Shown here: positions 42,336-64,000 of the stretch, in pieces | How positions within the stretch are numbered: position 1 is the first letter of the stretch | How the letters are laid out: each line of letters opens with the position of its first letter | Assembly: GCF_009914755.1 (NCBI RefSeq) | Contig: NC_060941.1 | Direction: 5' to 3' (one strand) | Origin: the human T2T-CHM13v2.0 reference genome, Homo sapiens | Length of the DNA stretch: 64,000 bases | Made by a program: the position numbers and the translations under genes | The notes under the pieces: model-generated | The model's database searches: none | Seen by the model: only the letters and a program-made list of their open reading frames with translations | What the model was told of the DNA's origin: nothing

Positions 42336-43301
42336 TGAGAAACATTTGACAAATCTAATGAACAGAACTTGGTAGTTTTAGAGGGTGATAGAGAGGGGAC
42401 TCACAGATTTCTGGTTTGAGTAAATGGGTAAATGGTGGTCCCAGCAATCAAAATAGCTAATTCAGGAAGGAAAGCAGCTTTTGAAAATAAAACAGTGAAT
42501 TCATTTTGGACTCCTTTGGTTTGAGATACTTCTGGATTGAATCTCAAAAAATAATGGTGGCTGTACAAATCTTTTAAAGTCATTAATTTATAAATGTAGT
42601 AAAGTCTTATTTGTAAATAATACTCCTAGGAAGAATTATTTTGTGAAACACATCATCCAACATTTACCCTTTTTATTTTTATTTTTTTGAGACGGGATCT
42701 CACTCTGTCATCTAGGCTAACTCCAGTGCACTCCCAGTGGCACTATCATACCTTATTGCAAACTTGAACTCCTGGCCTCAATTGATCCTCCTGCCTTAGC
42801 CTCCCAAAGTGCTGGAATTACAGGTGTGAACCACCATAGCTGGCCCAATATTTACCCATGATATATATTTTTTGTATTTTTTTGTAGACACGGGGGTCTC
42901 ATCATGTTGCCCAGGCTGGTCTCAAACTCCTGGGCTTAAGTGATCTGCCTGCCTCGGCCTCTCAAAGGAGATAGGCTGGGCGCAGTAGTTCACACCTGCT
43001 GGGACTACAGGTGTGAGCCACTGCACCTGGCCTACCCTTTATATTTTCTTTAGTCAACTGTTTCTACCAAATAGCTATTTGAAATATCCTCCCCTAAGGG
43101 AATGCAAATTTTGCTGGGTAAGGGAAAGAAACCTGAGCTAATTTTGGGATTTATATCACTACTTCTTAGGAAAGCAAATTTGGGGAGAAAAATGAAGATT
43201 AAGAAAGAACTTGGGGCCGGGCGCAGTGGCTCACGCCTGTAATCCAGCACTTTGGGAGGCCAAGGCGGACGGATTGCCTGAGGTCAGGAGTTGGAGACTC
43301 A

Positions 43302-43739
<438 letters not shown>

Positions 43740-43919
43740 CTAAAACAAAACCCTAGGATGAGTCCTGTTCCAATAAGACTTTACTACCTTAAACGAATAC
43801 CAGGAACTTGTCCCCAAGTTGCCCCATCACCAGGGGGATGACCAACTGTTCCAAAGAAACCATGTATATGAAATCACTTTGCAAGCTGCAAAGTCCAGTT
43901 ACCAGTGTTGCTAACATCA

Positions 43920-44369
<450 letters not shown>

Positions 44370-45081
44370 CTACAGCTTATCTGAAATACAACAGAAAAAG
44401 AGGGGCTGGTTGGGAACAAGGGGTGGTGTCTGGTCAGAAAGGAAATAATCCATAGATCCCCTGTGACCTTTGTCACTTTTTTCCTCCACATATTCATGTA
44501 TGAAAATGACTCAGCCCTAACACCCTGTGGTTTATTTTTAGTAGGGGCAACAGAGCCAGTTGAAAACCTAAGCATAGTAACTATTGCCCATCAACAGCCT
44601 CACACATCAGAAGCAGGGAACAAATATTTATTCATTTCAACTAATATGTGTGACTCAAGGGGCACAAGAGAGTCTGCCCCTTTCAAGATATATATTTGCT
44701 CTTTCTTTCTTTCTGCCACAGTATTGGAACCTCCCAATGGGAGAATGACTCCTTTGGACTTGAAATTTCAGTATTAGGAGACCCGTAGCCAGCAGTGAGT
44801 GGAGTCCATTTCACTCATTTTATAACTGAGGAATCATCCACAGTCACATGTAAGTTTGTGGCTATGTTGGACTCTCAGCCCAGTGCCTCATTGTATCTCC
44901 ATTGTTCCACATTCCTTAGTCAAAAGCTAAATAATAGCACATGTTTGACACGAGACCATAGTTCCAGAAGAAGAGGACATATTCAGGGCTGATATCCCAT
45001 TATAATGTAAGTTAAATGTTGAATATAAGGAGATAACATTCTGTTGTTCACTATGAAATTAGTAGACATCAAGACCCATAG

Positions 45082-45663
<582 letters not shown>

Positions 45664-45769
45664 TGAGCCACCATGCCCAGCCCCAGAGGGATGTATTCTT
45701 TACTGTTTTGTTAAAATTCAAAATCTTCATCAAGCATCAGCAACAAACAAGAACAACTGAGAGTGCAAG

Positions 45770-47198
<1,429 letters not shown>

Positions 47199-47886
47199 AA
47201 ATGTAAGCTATGATCTTCCCAGGCTTGTCTTGAACTCCTGAGCTCAAGCAAGCCTTCCTCCTCAGCCTCCTGAGTAGCTGAGACGTGCCATCAAGCCCAG
47301 CTAATTTTTTCATTTTTTCTGTAGAGACGGGATCTCATTATGTTGCCCAGGCTGGCTGGAACTGCTGACCTCAAGTGATCCTCCTGCCTTGGCCTGTAAT
47401 CCCAAAGTGCTAGGATTACAGGTGTGAGCCACCATGCCTGGCCTGCATGTTACTGTTTCAAAAGCACACTCAGCATATCTGTAGCAGGCTTTCCAGTCTC
47501 TTAGAAGGATGCCATATTTGCTTTTTAAGTGTTAATGCCAGCTGACTTTTATCCCTTGAAAACTACAGTAGCCAGGTATTTTTGAGGAAAGTGTCCTTGT
47601 TGGAGAGGGGACTTGAAGTCTTGAGATAAGAAGAAAGTTTGAAGTCATTGGACACGATCATGCTATTGAAGAGCAGCCTGTGACATTAGTGAGCTGTCTT
47701 CAAATAGCGTGTCATATAGAGAGACAGCTAGAGGGAGGATGATAACCAAAGCTTTCAAGACATGCATTTTTTCTCAATGTAAGAACTTTAGGCTGGGCGC
47801 AGTGGCTTATGCCTGTAATCCCAGCACGTTGGGAGGCTGAGGCAGGCAGATCACTTGAGGTCAGGAATTTGAGACCAGCTTGGTCA

Positions 47887-48173
<287 letters not shown>

Positions 48174-48566
48174 TCAGGAGTTCAAGACCAGCCTGACCAA
48201 CGTGGTGAAACCCCATCTCTACTAAAAATACAAAAATTAGCCAGGCGTGGTGGTGCACGCCTGTAATCCCAGCTACTCAGGAGGCTGAGGCAGGAGAATC
48301 GCTTGAACCTGAGAAGTGGTGGTTGCAGTGGGTGAGATCACGCCACTGGCACTCCAGCCTGGGCGACAGAGCAAGACTCTGTCTCAAAAAAAATAAAATA
48401 AAAAATAAAAGAACTTAAAAAATATCAGTGGGAGTTGTCCAAAAATGGTTAGGGGGATCTTGGGAAATAGTGGAGTCTCCACCACTGCAGTTTTCACACC
48501 TGACTTGGACAGCATATGGCAGGGATGTGGTCAAGAGAAACAAAACATGGGAGTTGGAATAGGTAA

Positions 48567-48884
<318 letters not shown>

Positions 48885-49497
48885 TAGGTGCGTTTTAAGA
48901 TCCTGTTCACCAGATCTTAAAATGTTTAGGTCGGCAAAATTTGCTTTTGAAGCCAACTATTTCCCTCTTCTACTCCTTTTTCTAATTCTGATATTCTACC
49001 CCCATGGCCTCCATTCCCCAAGACCTAAGGATTGCTTGTTCCATGAGTTACCCAAAGTCTCAAATGCAGTACTTCCCACCAACCTATCAGCTACCCCTCC
49101 CCTGCTTTTCTGTACCCAACTTTTAGTGTACAGATTCCAATCGGTTGTTAAAGAAAAAAAAAATGGCTCCCTTAACTAATTCTTACTATGACATAAACGA
49201 CTAACACTTTATGTGTTCTCTTCTCAGGGATACACACCGTTTAAAGGAATTGCTCATTTGCTAGTTGTATGTTTGATATAATTACAAACATATAAAAATC
49301 AAGACTGGAAAGAAGTATGCAAACAATGACAGTTTTTAGGTTGGGAGAATTAATTTTTCTTTCTTTTGAGTTTCTTGGCCAGGAATGGTAGCTCATGGCT
49401 GTAATCCCAGCACTTTGGGAGGCCAAGGTGGGTGGATCACCTGAGGTTGGGAGTTTGAGACCAGCCTGACCAACATGGAGTAACCCCATCTCTACTA

Positions 49498-49656
<159 letters not shown>

Positions 49657-49690
49657 TCAAAAAAAAAAAAAAAAAGAAGTTTCCTTAAAT

Positions 49691-50198
49691 CAGGAGTGTC
49701 CAATCTTTTGGCTTCCCTGGGCTACATTAAAAGAAGAATTGTCTTGGGCCACACATCAAATACACTGACACTGACCAGGTGCGGTGGCTCACACCTATAA
49801 TCCCAGCACTTTGGGAGGTCGAGGAAGGCAGATCATTTGAGGTCAGGAGTTTGAGGCCAGCCTGGCCAATATGGCAAAACCCTGTCTCTACTAAAAAGAA
49901 AATACAAAAATTTGCTGGGTGCTGTGGCATCTGCCTATAGTCCCAGCTACTGGGGAGGCTGAGGCATGAGAATTGCTTGAGCCTGGGAGGTGGAAATTGT
50001 AGGGAGCCAAGATTGCATCACTGCACTCCAGGCTGGGAGACAGTGAGACTGTCTCAAAAAAACAAAAGAAAACACTAATGATAGCTGATGAGCTAAAAAA
50101 AAAAAATCACAAAAAACCTCACAATGTTTTAAGAAAGTTTACGAATTTCTGTTAGGCTGCATTCAAAGTTGCCCTGGGCTGTGGGTTGGACAAACTTG
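49691..50198. mobile_element. MER30 (hAT-Charlie) non-autonomous DNA transposon with an Alu insertion
   Basis: CAGGAGTGTCCAATCTTTTGGCTTCCCTGGG...GGTTGGACAAACTTG, imperfect terminal inverted repeats. Confidence 0.85.
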
Positions 50199-50332
50199 CT
50201 TAAAGTATGTTTAATCTTATAGTGTGTTTAATTAAAAACAAAAGCACAACATTAATAATCATTTGGACTAGTGTATAAACTGTGGAAGAGGAAGGCCCTT
50301 TTCTGCCAGAGTTATGTGGCCTTTTCCCTTTA

Positions 50333-50572
<240 letters not shown>

Positions 50573-50864
50573 TTACAAAATAATAATAATAAACTGTCCT
50601 AGGGAGATAGCACACCAGGAATGACTCTTGGACCTGGCTTCCAGAGGATTTGTTCAAACCTGCTTTTATCCCTTCAGTGTTTCTTCCATCTCTCTTTCTT
50701 CACCCTACTTCACAGAAAGAGTGTTTCTTGCTCTTAGTAACCAATTGGCTGGGAGCAATGGCTCATGCCTGTAATCCTGGGACTTTGGGAGGCCAAGGTG
50801 GGAGGATCATTTCAGGCCAGGAGTTCAACACCAGCCTGGGTAACATAGTGAGATCCCATCTCTA

Positions 50865-51167
<303 letters not shown>

Positions 51168-51656
51168 TCAAAAAAAAAAAATTTTTTTTTCAAAAGCTCC
51201 AACTATAGAAAATTCAGGAGTCTTTTCAGACCACTGTCAGCTAGGTAACTCCTGATAAATGACAAGTTTCAAAGTTAGGCATGGAGAAGAGGGAGAAAAT
51301 ATTTCAACTGTAAGGCATGTAAGTTAAAGAGCTGTGACAGTCATCTGGCAGGTTAAAACACTCCAAAGAACAAGAATTGGATTAAGCTATAATTAGTGCA
51401 TTTAGAGGTAGAAGGTTAAAGCCCAAAGTACAAGTGTATGGTCAGGGACTAGACTGGGAAAGGAAGAGATAAGATCATAGTGTTTCAGAAACAGATCAGA
51501 AAGCTGAGAAAAGGGAAAAAAAAATAGAAAAAAAAAGATTGCAGTGTGTTTGGCGGGGCACAATGGCTCCCATGGTGTAATCCCAGCACTTTGGGAGGCC
51601 AAGGAGGGTGGATCACTTGAGGCCAGGAGTTTAAGACCAGTGTGGCCAACATGTCA

Positions 51657-51875
<219 letters not shown>

Positions 51876-52196
51876 TCACACCTGTAATCCCAGCACTTTG
51901 GGAGGCCAAGGCGGGTGAATCACCTGAGGTCAGGAGTTCGAGACCAGCCTGGCCAAGATGGCGAAACCCCGTCTCTACTACAAATACAAAAATAAAAAAA
52001 TCCTCCCGGGCATGGTGGCACTTGCCTGTAATCCCAGCTACTGGGGGTGCTGAGGCAGGAGAATCGATTGAACCTGGGAGGCAGAGGGAGGATTGCTTGA
52101 ACCTGGGAGGCAGAGGTTTCAGTGAGCCAAGATCGTGCCACTGCACTCCAGCCTAGGCGACAGAGCGAGACTCCATCTCAAAAACAACAACAATAA

Positions 52197-53141
<945 letters not shown>

Positions 53142-53206
53142 TGATCCACCTGCCTTGGCCTCCCAAAGAGCTGGGATTACAGGCGCTAACCACGGTGCCC
53201 GGCCAG

Positions 53207-53620
53207 TGTGTGATATATTAGTGAGAAAAAGGCAAAGACATCTCTGGCTCACAGAAAGCCAAGTGTTCCCGCATATTTCCTAAATCCTTTAGCTTTAGGC
53301 AGAGCCATTTGACTAGTTTGGTCAATGGGCTGGAAGTGATAGGTGTCACCTCTAGGCCAAACCAACCATTTAATAGGTATTGTGTGATCCTCCAGCTTTC
53401 TTTACTCCGCGGTGATACACTTAGGCCTTGTACTGAGATGGCAGAGCTACATTTTGGAAAGGTTCTTAGAGTCGCTGCAGAGGTCAGGTAACTGAAGAGA
53501 TGCTGGCCCTTGATTTTAGGTGAATGAGAAAGTTTGGTTCTGTTAAACCACTGAGACATGGGATGTCTCGTTGCAGCATAACCTCGTTGCGGCATAACCT
53601 GGCGTATCCTGATAAATACA
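53207..53620 (+). mobile_element. MLT1-type MaLR LTR fragment
   Basis: 3' end GTTAAACCACTGAGA...GTTGCAGCATAACC...ATCCTGATAAATACA is typical of MLT1. Confidence 0.65.
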
Positions 53621-55330
53621 AAAAGGCACTTCAACAATAGTATTGTAGCCGGGCTTGCAGTGGTTTACACTTGTAATCCCAACATTTTGGGAGGCTTAGG
53701 CGGGCGGATTGCTTGAGGCCATGAGTTCAAGACCAGCGTGGGCAACATGGTGTAACCCTGTCTCTACTAAAAATACAAAAAATTAGCCGGGCATGGTGGT
53801 GCATGCCTGTAATCCCAGCTACTCAGGAGGCTGATGTATGAGAAACGCTTGAACCTGGGAGGCGTAGAATGCAGTGAGCTGAGATTGCGGCACCGCACTC
53901 CAACCTGGGCAACACAGCGATATTTCATCTGAAAAAACAAAAACAAAAACAAAAATAGTATTCTAGAGATTATAGATTACATGATATTCAGCTCCAAACT
54001 AGACAGGCTGAAGGGACGAAGAAGACCTGGAGCCAGTCAAGAATCACCATTGGTAAAGACAAAATATATAGGGCCTCTGTCAAAGACTCCCAATAGGGTC
54101 TAGGGTCAAACCACATGAAAGCAAGAAGATTAATGCTAAATCACTACCCTGAATGTTGAGCCTCTTCATCTACATAATCCTTTCCCCCAGAGAGGTTTAG
54201 CCTAAAAGACTGTACCAGGGTCAAAGTAAGTGGAGAGACTGTTACAGGAAAAGAGCCTGTGGTTTTGCTAAAGGCTTTATTGTACCTAGTCTCAGAACAT
54301 GGAAACAAGAAGAAGGTTATAGGAGAATATAAAAATAAGTGGAGAGATGGTCAAGGAGCTTAAGGAGAAAAGGTCGATGGTATTAGAATCATTGTTGATA
54401 AGAGCAGAAAATGAAAGGCTTTCAAAGCAAGGTAGTATAGTTCAATAGAAGGAAAAACATGACTGATATAATTTGGTTTGGATTGTGACCATTAAGGTTT
54501 CATCATACCAGGAAAGTCTATGATTTCTGAGGACATCATAGCCTATGGTACACAGTATGGTGGTTAAGAATGTGAGCTCTGAGCCGGGTGCGGTGGCTCA
54601 AGCCTGTAATCCCAGCACTTTGGGAGGCCAAGGCAGGCAGATCGCCTGAAGTTGGGAGTTCGAGACCAGCCTGACCAACATAGAGAAACCCCGTCTCTAC
54701 TAAGAATACAAAATTTGCCGAGTGTGGTGGCGGGCGCCTGTAATCCCAGCTACTCGGGAGGCTGAGGCAGGAGATCACTTGAACCTGGGAGGCGGAGGTT
54801 GCAGAGAGCCGAGATCTCGCCATTGCACTCCAGCCTGGGCAACAAGAGTGAAACTCGGCCAAAAAAAAAAAAAAAAAAAAAAGAATGTGAACTCTGGGCT
54901 GGGCCTGGTGGCTCATGCCTGTATTCCCAACAGGTTGGGAGGCTGAGGCAGGAGGATTGCTTTAGCTCAGGAGTGTGGGACCAACATAGTGAGAACCCAT
55001 CTCTACAAAAAACAAAACCAAACCATTAGCTGGGTATGGTGGCACACACCTGTGGTCCCAGGTACTTGAGTGGCTAAGGTGAGAGGATTCTTTGATCCCA
55101 GGAGCTCAAGGCTGCAGTGAACCAAAATTGCACCACTGCACTCCGGCCTGGGTGACAGATCAAGATCCTATCTAAAAAATAAAAAAAAGAATGTGACCTC
55201 TGGAGCAAGAGTAAGATGGGTTCATAACCAGGCTCTGCCACTTATTAGTTTTGTGGCCTTGGGCAGGTTATTTAACCTTCCGGTGCTCAGTTTTCCCATC
55301 TGTAAAACAGAAATAAGAATAGTGCCTGCC

Positions 55331-55803
<473 letters not shown>

Positions 55804-56881
55804 AAGAATAGTGCCTGCCTCATATGGTTGTAGAACCAGACTATGTGAGTAGTCCCTCATGACTACCTTCCCCAATCAGCAAATAATGCACATTTCCCTA
55901 AAAACTCTCTTCCTCCCTCCCTCAGGAATCAGGGCCTCAGAAGCATTGAGGAGGTAGTTTACCTATGCATATTCCAGAGCAAGAAGCAGACAGATGACCT
56001 ATGTGTGGGTTTTGTAAAGCACAGGCAATTACCCTCACCAAATGATCCTGCTGTTTGATTTGTTGGTTGACTCTGGAGTCAAAGGTGGGAGGGCTCGTAC
56101 TTCATTCTTGATTATAAGCAGTGAAGATTCCCTGGGGGCTCATTCTCAATTGGTGTTATGAATGTTCTCTCTTTGCCCTGCATCCCAAGATGTTTTTCTC
56201 TTCTCACACACAGGCATAATGCATTAGTTGTTCTGATTCCTTAAATCATTAATAACAGGGAGTCATGTCCTGAATCAATTCCATTCTTTGTACAGTATTA
56301 GAGCTAGCCGTCTTGTTGGTCTCAAGTTGCATTTAAAAACAATTATGTTGGCCGGGTGTAGTGGCTCACACTTGTAATTCTAGCACTTTGGCAGGCTGAG
56401 GCAGGAAGATCCCTTGAGTCCAGGAGTTCGAGACCAGCCTGGGCAACAGGGAGACCCTGTCTCTATGTAATAATAAAAAAAAACAAAAAACAATTATGTT
56501 ATTTCCTTGTCTCTCCTTTATTTGCACCCCATCTCACTGAATGGTAGTGAGACCCAAGAATAAAGCCTTGTGCATCATGATGCAGCACACACATGGTTAA
56601 GGGCCTGGGTTCTGGCACTGTGCAGACTGGGCTGGGCATGGTGACTCATGCCTGTAATCCCAGCACTTTAGGAGGCTGAGGCAGGCGAATCATGAGGTCA
56701 GGAGTTCGAGACCAGCCTGGCCAACATGGTGAGACCCCGACTCTATTAAAAATACAAAAAATGGCTGGGCACAGTGGCTCACGCCTGTAATCCCAGCACT
56801 TTGGGAGGCCGAGGCAGGCGGATCACAAGGTCAGGAGATTGAGACCATCCTGGTTAACATGGTGAAACCCCGTCTCTACTA

Positions 56882-57076
<195 letters not shown>

Positions 57077-57189
57077 TTAGCTGGGCATAGAGGTGAGCAC
57101 CTGTGCTCCTAGCTACTCAGAAGGCTGAGGCAGGAGAATCGCTTGAACCCAGGAGGCAGAGGTTGCAGGGAGCCGAGGTCGCGCTACTA

Positions 57190-57649
<460 letters not shown>

Positions 57650-57723
57650 TCAGGGCTGTAGTGAGCCGAGATTGCGCCACTGCACTCCAACCTCAGCAAC
57701 AGAGAGAGAGACACTGTGTGCGC

Positions 57724-57726
<3 letters not shown>

Positions 57727-57762
<36 letters not shown>
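57727..57762. repeat. (CA)n microsatellite at an Alu tail
   Basis: Direct reading. Confidence 0.95.
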
Positions 57763-57764
<2 letters not shown>

Positions 57765-58269
57765 CCCTGGTTCTACCTCTTTGAGCTCTCTGCACTTGAG
57801 CAAGTTACTCTGTCTCCATGAGTCTGCTTCCTCACATAAAAAAAATGAGGGTAATTGTTGTGTTTACTCACAGAGTAGTTGTGCAGTTTAAACAAATTAA
57901 TTCAGGCAAGGTACTTTGTGCCTGGCACAGAGCAATCTTTCAATCACTGTTGGCTATTATCAATTTTTGTGTAACAAATGAATGGTAATTATCACCCCTT
58001 CTAAATACTTTTTAGACCTATAGATCACCTTTATGCAGAAAATTCCCACTTCTCTCCTCAAGGATAACATCTCTTCTGAACCCCAGATAAATGTCTTCCA
58101 TTGATTACTGCACACTTTCTCTCTGTATCATCCTCCATCATTCACATTACATCAAACTCAGTCTTCTGACTGGCTCCTTTGGTCTTCCCTATTTCTCTTA
58201 ATACTATTTTTGTTTATAGCTTTTTAGAGGTAATTTTGTCACTCAAAACTATTTAAAAAAACCCTGAAC

Positions 58270-58530
58270 AAACAGTTGACATTTATTATTTACTGTGTGC
58301 CAGACACCATGTTAAATCTTTATTGGATTACTTATATATAATTCTCACAACAATTTTTTGATGCAGGGGCTATTACTACCTCCATTTAGCAACTCTAGCA
58401 ACTCTAGAAACTGATGCTTACAGATAGTTAAATGACTTGTCGAAGGTCATGTAACTATTCATAATAAGTGACTCAGCCAAGAGTTACACCCACATGTTTT
58501 GAAAACAGACCCATGCTCTTAAGCACTATC
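58270..58530. mobile_element. MIR SINE
   Basis: TTTACTGTGTGCCAGACACC...AATTCTCACAACAA...GTTAAATGACTTGTCGAAGGTCA. Confidence 0.75.
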
Positions 58531-58545
58531 ATGGTTATGCTGTAG

Positions 58546-58701
<156 letters not shown>

Positions 58702-60082
58702 TAGCTGGGATTACAGGTGCCCACCACCACGCCCAGCTATTTTTTGTATTTTTAGTAGAGACGGGGTTTCACCATGTTGGCCAGGCTGATCTCAAACTCC
58801 TGACCTCAAGTGATCTTCCCGCCTTGGCCTCCTAAGTGCTGGGATTACAGGTGTGAGCCACCATGACCAGCCCTAATTATTGATTATGTCAACAACTTCC
58901 TATTAGGTTTCTTTGCTTCCAGCCTCTCCCTGTCCAATTTATCCCCCAGACTGTAGCTAGATTCTCCATGGTCTAAAACATAGCCTCCCCATATACCACT
59001 GTAATCTTTTTTCTTTCTTTTTTCCATTAATTTTTTTTTTTGTATTTTTTGTAGACATGGGGTTTAACCATGTTGCCCAGGCTGGTCTGGAATTCCAGAG
59101 CTCAGGCAATCCGCCCTCCTTGGCCTCCCAAAGTGCTGGGGATTACAGGTATGAGTCACTGCCCCAGTATAATCTTAAATAAATGGGTCATTTCTTTTAG
59201 TCTGTTTCTCTGTAAAGTGAGCTAATTTTTGTATTTTTAGTAGAGATGGGGTTTCCCCATTTTGGTCAGACTGATCTTGAGCTCCTGACCTCGTGCTCTG
59301 CCTGCCTTGGCCTCCCAAAGTACTGGGATTACAGGCGTGAGCCACTGCGCCCAGCCTTCAATAGTTTTATTAAGTCCTAGAATGTTAAGATGTTTCTCAT
59401 GTCACTGTCCTATTTCCAGACTTTAATGGCTTCCCATTAACCACAGTTCAGGGTCTATACTTCTTAGCATTCAAAGATTGTCACTCTGGTGGTTTTACCC
59501 CTTCCGAACCATAGGATTCTGATTCCCTGTGTGATCTCCTTATGAATACAGCCATGCCTTTTCCCCATCTCTTTAATTTTAATTTTTTTTTTTTGACATG
59601 GAGTCTTGTTCTGTCACCCAGGCTGGAGAGCAGTGGCGCGATCTTGGCTCACTGCAAGCTCCGTCTCCCGGGTTCATGCCGTTCTCCTGCCTCAGCCTCC
59701 TGAGTAGCTGGGACTACAGGCACCCGCCACGACGCCCGGCTACTTTTTGTATTTTTTTTAGTAGAGACGGGTTTCACCGTGTTAGCTAGGTTGGTCTCGA
59801 TCTCCTGACCTTGTGATCCACCCACCTTGGCCTCTCAAAGTGCTGGGATTACAGGCGTGAACCACCTGGCCCGGCCCCATTTTAATATTTTTTTGGGACG
59901 GGTCTTGTTCTGTCACCCAGGCTGGAGTGCGATGGTGCGATCATGGCTCACTGCAGCCTCGAAATCCTGGGCTCAACTGATCCTCACGCTTCAGCCTCCT
60001 CTGAGCAGCTTGGCCTACAGGCATGTGCCACCATGCCCAGCTAATTAAAAACATTTTCTTTCTCTTTTTGGAGTGGCAGTAT

Positions 60083-61319
<1,237 letters not shown>

Positions 61320-61439
61320 GTATCTTATTATACTGTGTAGGCTGGTCTTGAGCTCCTGGCTTCAAGAGATCCTCTTGCCTCAGCCTCCCAAAGTGGTGGG
61401 ATTACAGGTGAGAGCCACCATACCTGGCCCTTTCCCTCA

Positions 61440-64000
<2,561 letters not shown>

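Noticed and set aside
43827-43840. CTCF-like motif TCACCAGGGGGATG
   Set aside because: Mismatches at informative positions; a single motif cannot be supported without ChIP data.

Overview
Primate (almost certainly human) genomic DNA, extremely Alu-dense. The only supportable coding sequence is coding exon 1 of SPAG9 (JIP4/JLP) on the minus strand (31677-31979), lying in a CpG-island promoter (~31430-32480). Positions 1-31676 are SPAG9 intron 1. Positions ~32500-64000 are upstream intergenic DNA; from recalled human chr17 gene order this should end just short of the NME1 promoter, which I cannot verify here. The rest is repeats: roughly 100 Alu copies or fragments by eye (including young AluYg6- and AluYc1-type copies), old L1M/L2/MIR fragments, solo LTRs (MER21-, MER66-, THE1-, MER41-, MLT1-like), MER30, a U13 snoRNA retrocopy, a 32-nt tailless U2 snRNA retrocopy and simple repeats. 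Nearly all listed ORFs are Alu-derived noise. I found no new gene system. The most unusual signal is a recurring set of locally templated copy events: a 223-bp inverted copy of nearby DNA inside an AluY (55535-55757), a 76-bp Alu segment copied 3.8 kb away, a ~190-bp L1M copy next to the promoter, and two fold-back micro-inversions inside Alus. Repeat subfamily names come from recalled consensus sequences and need RepeatMasker/Dfam confirmation.
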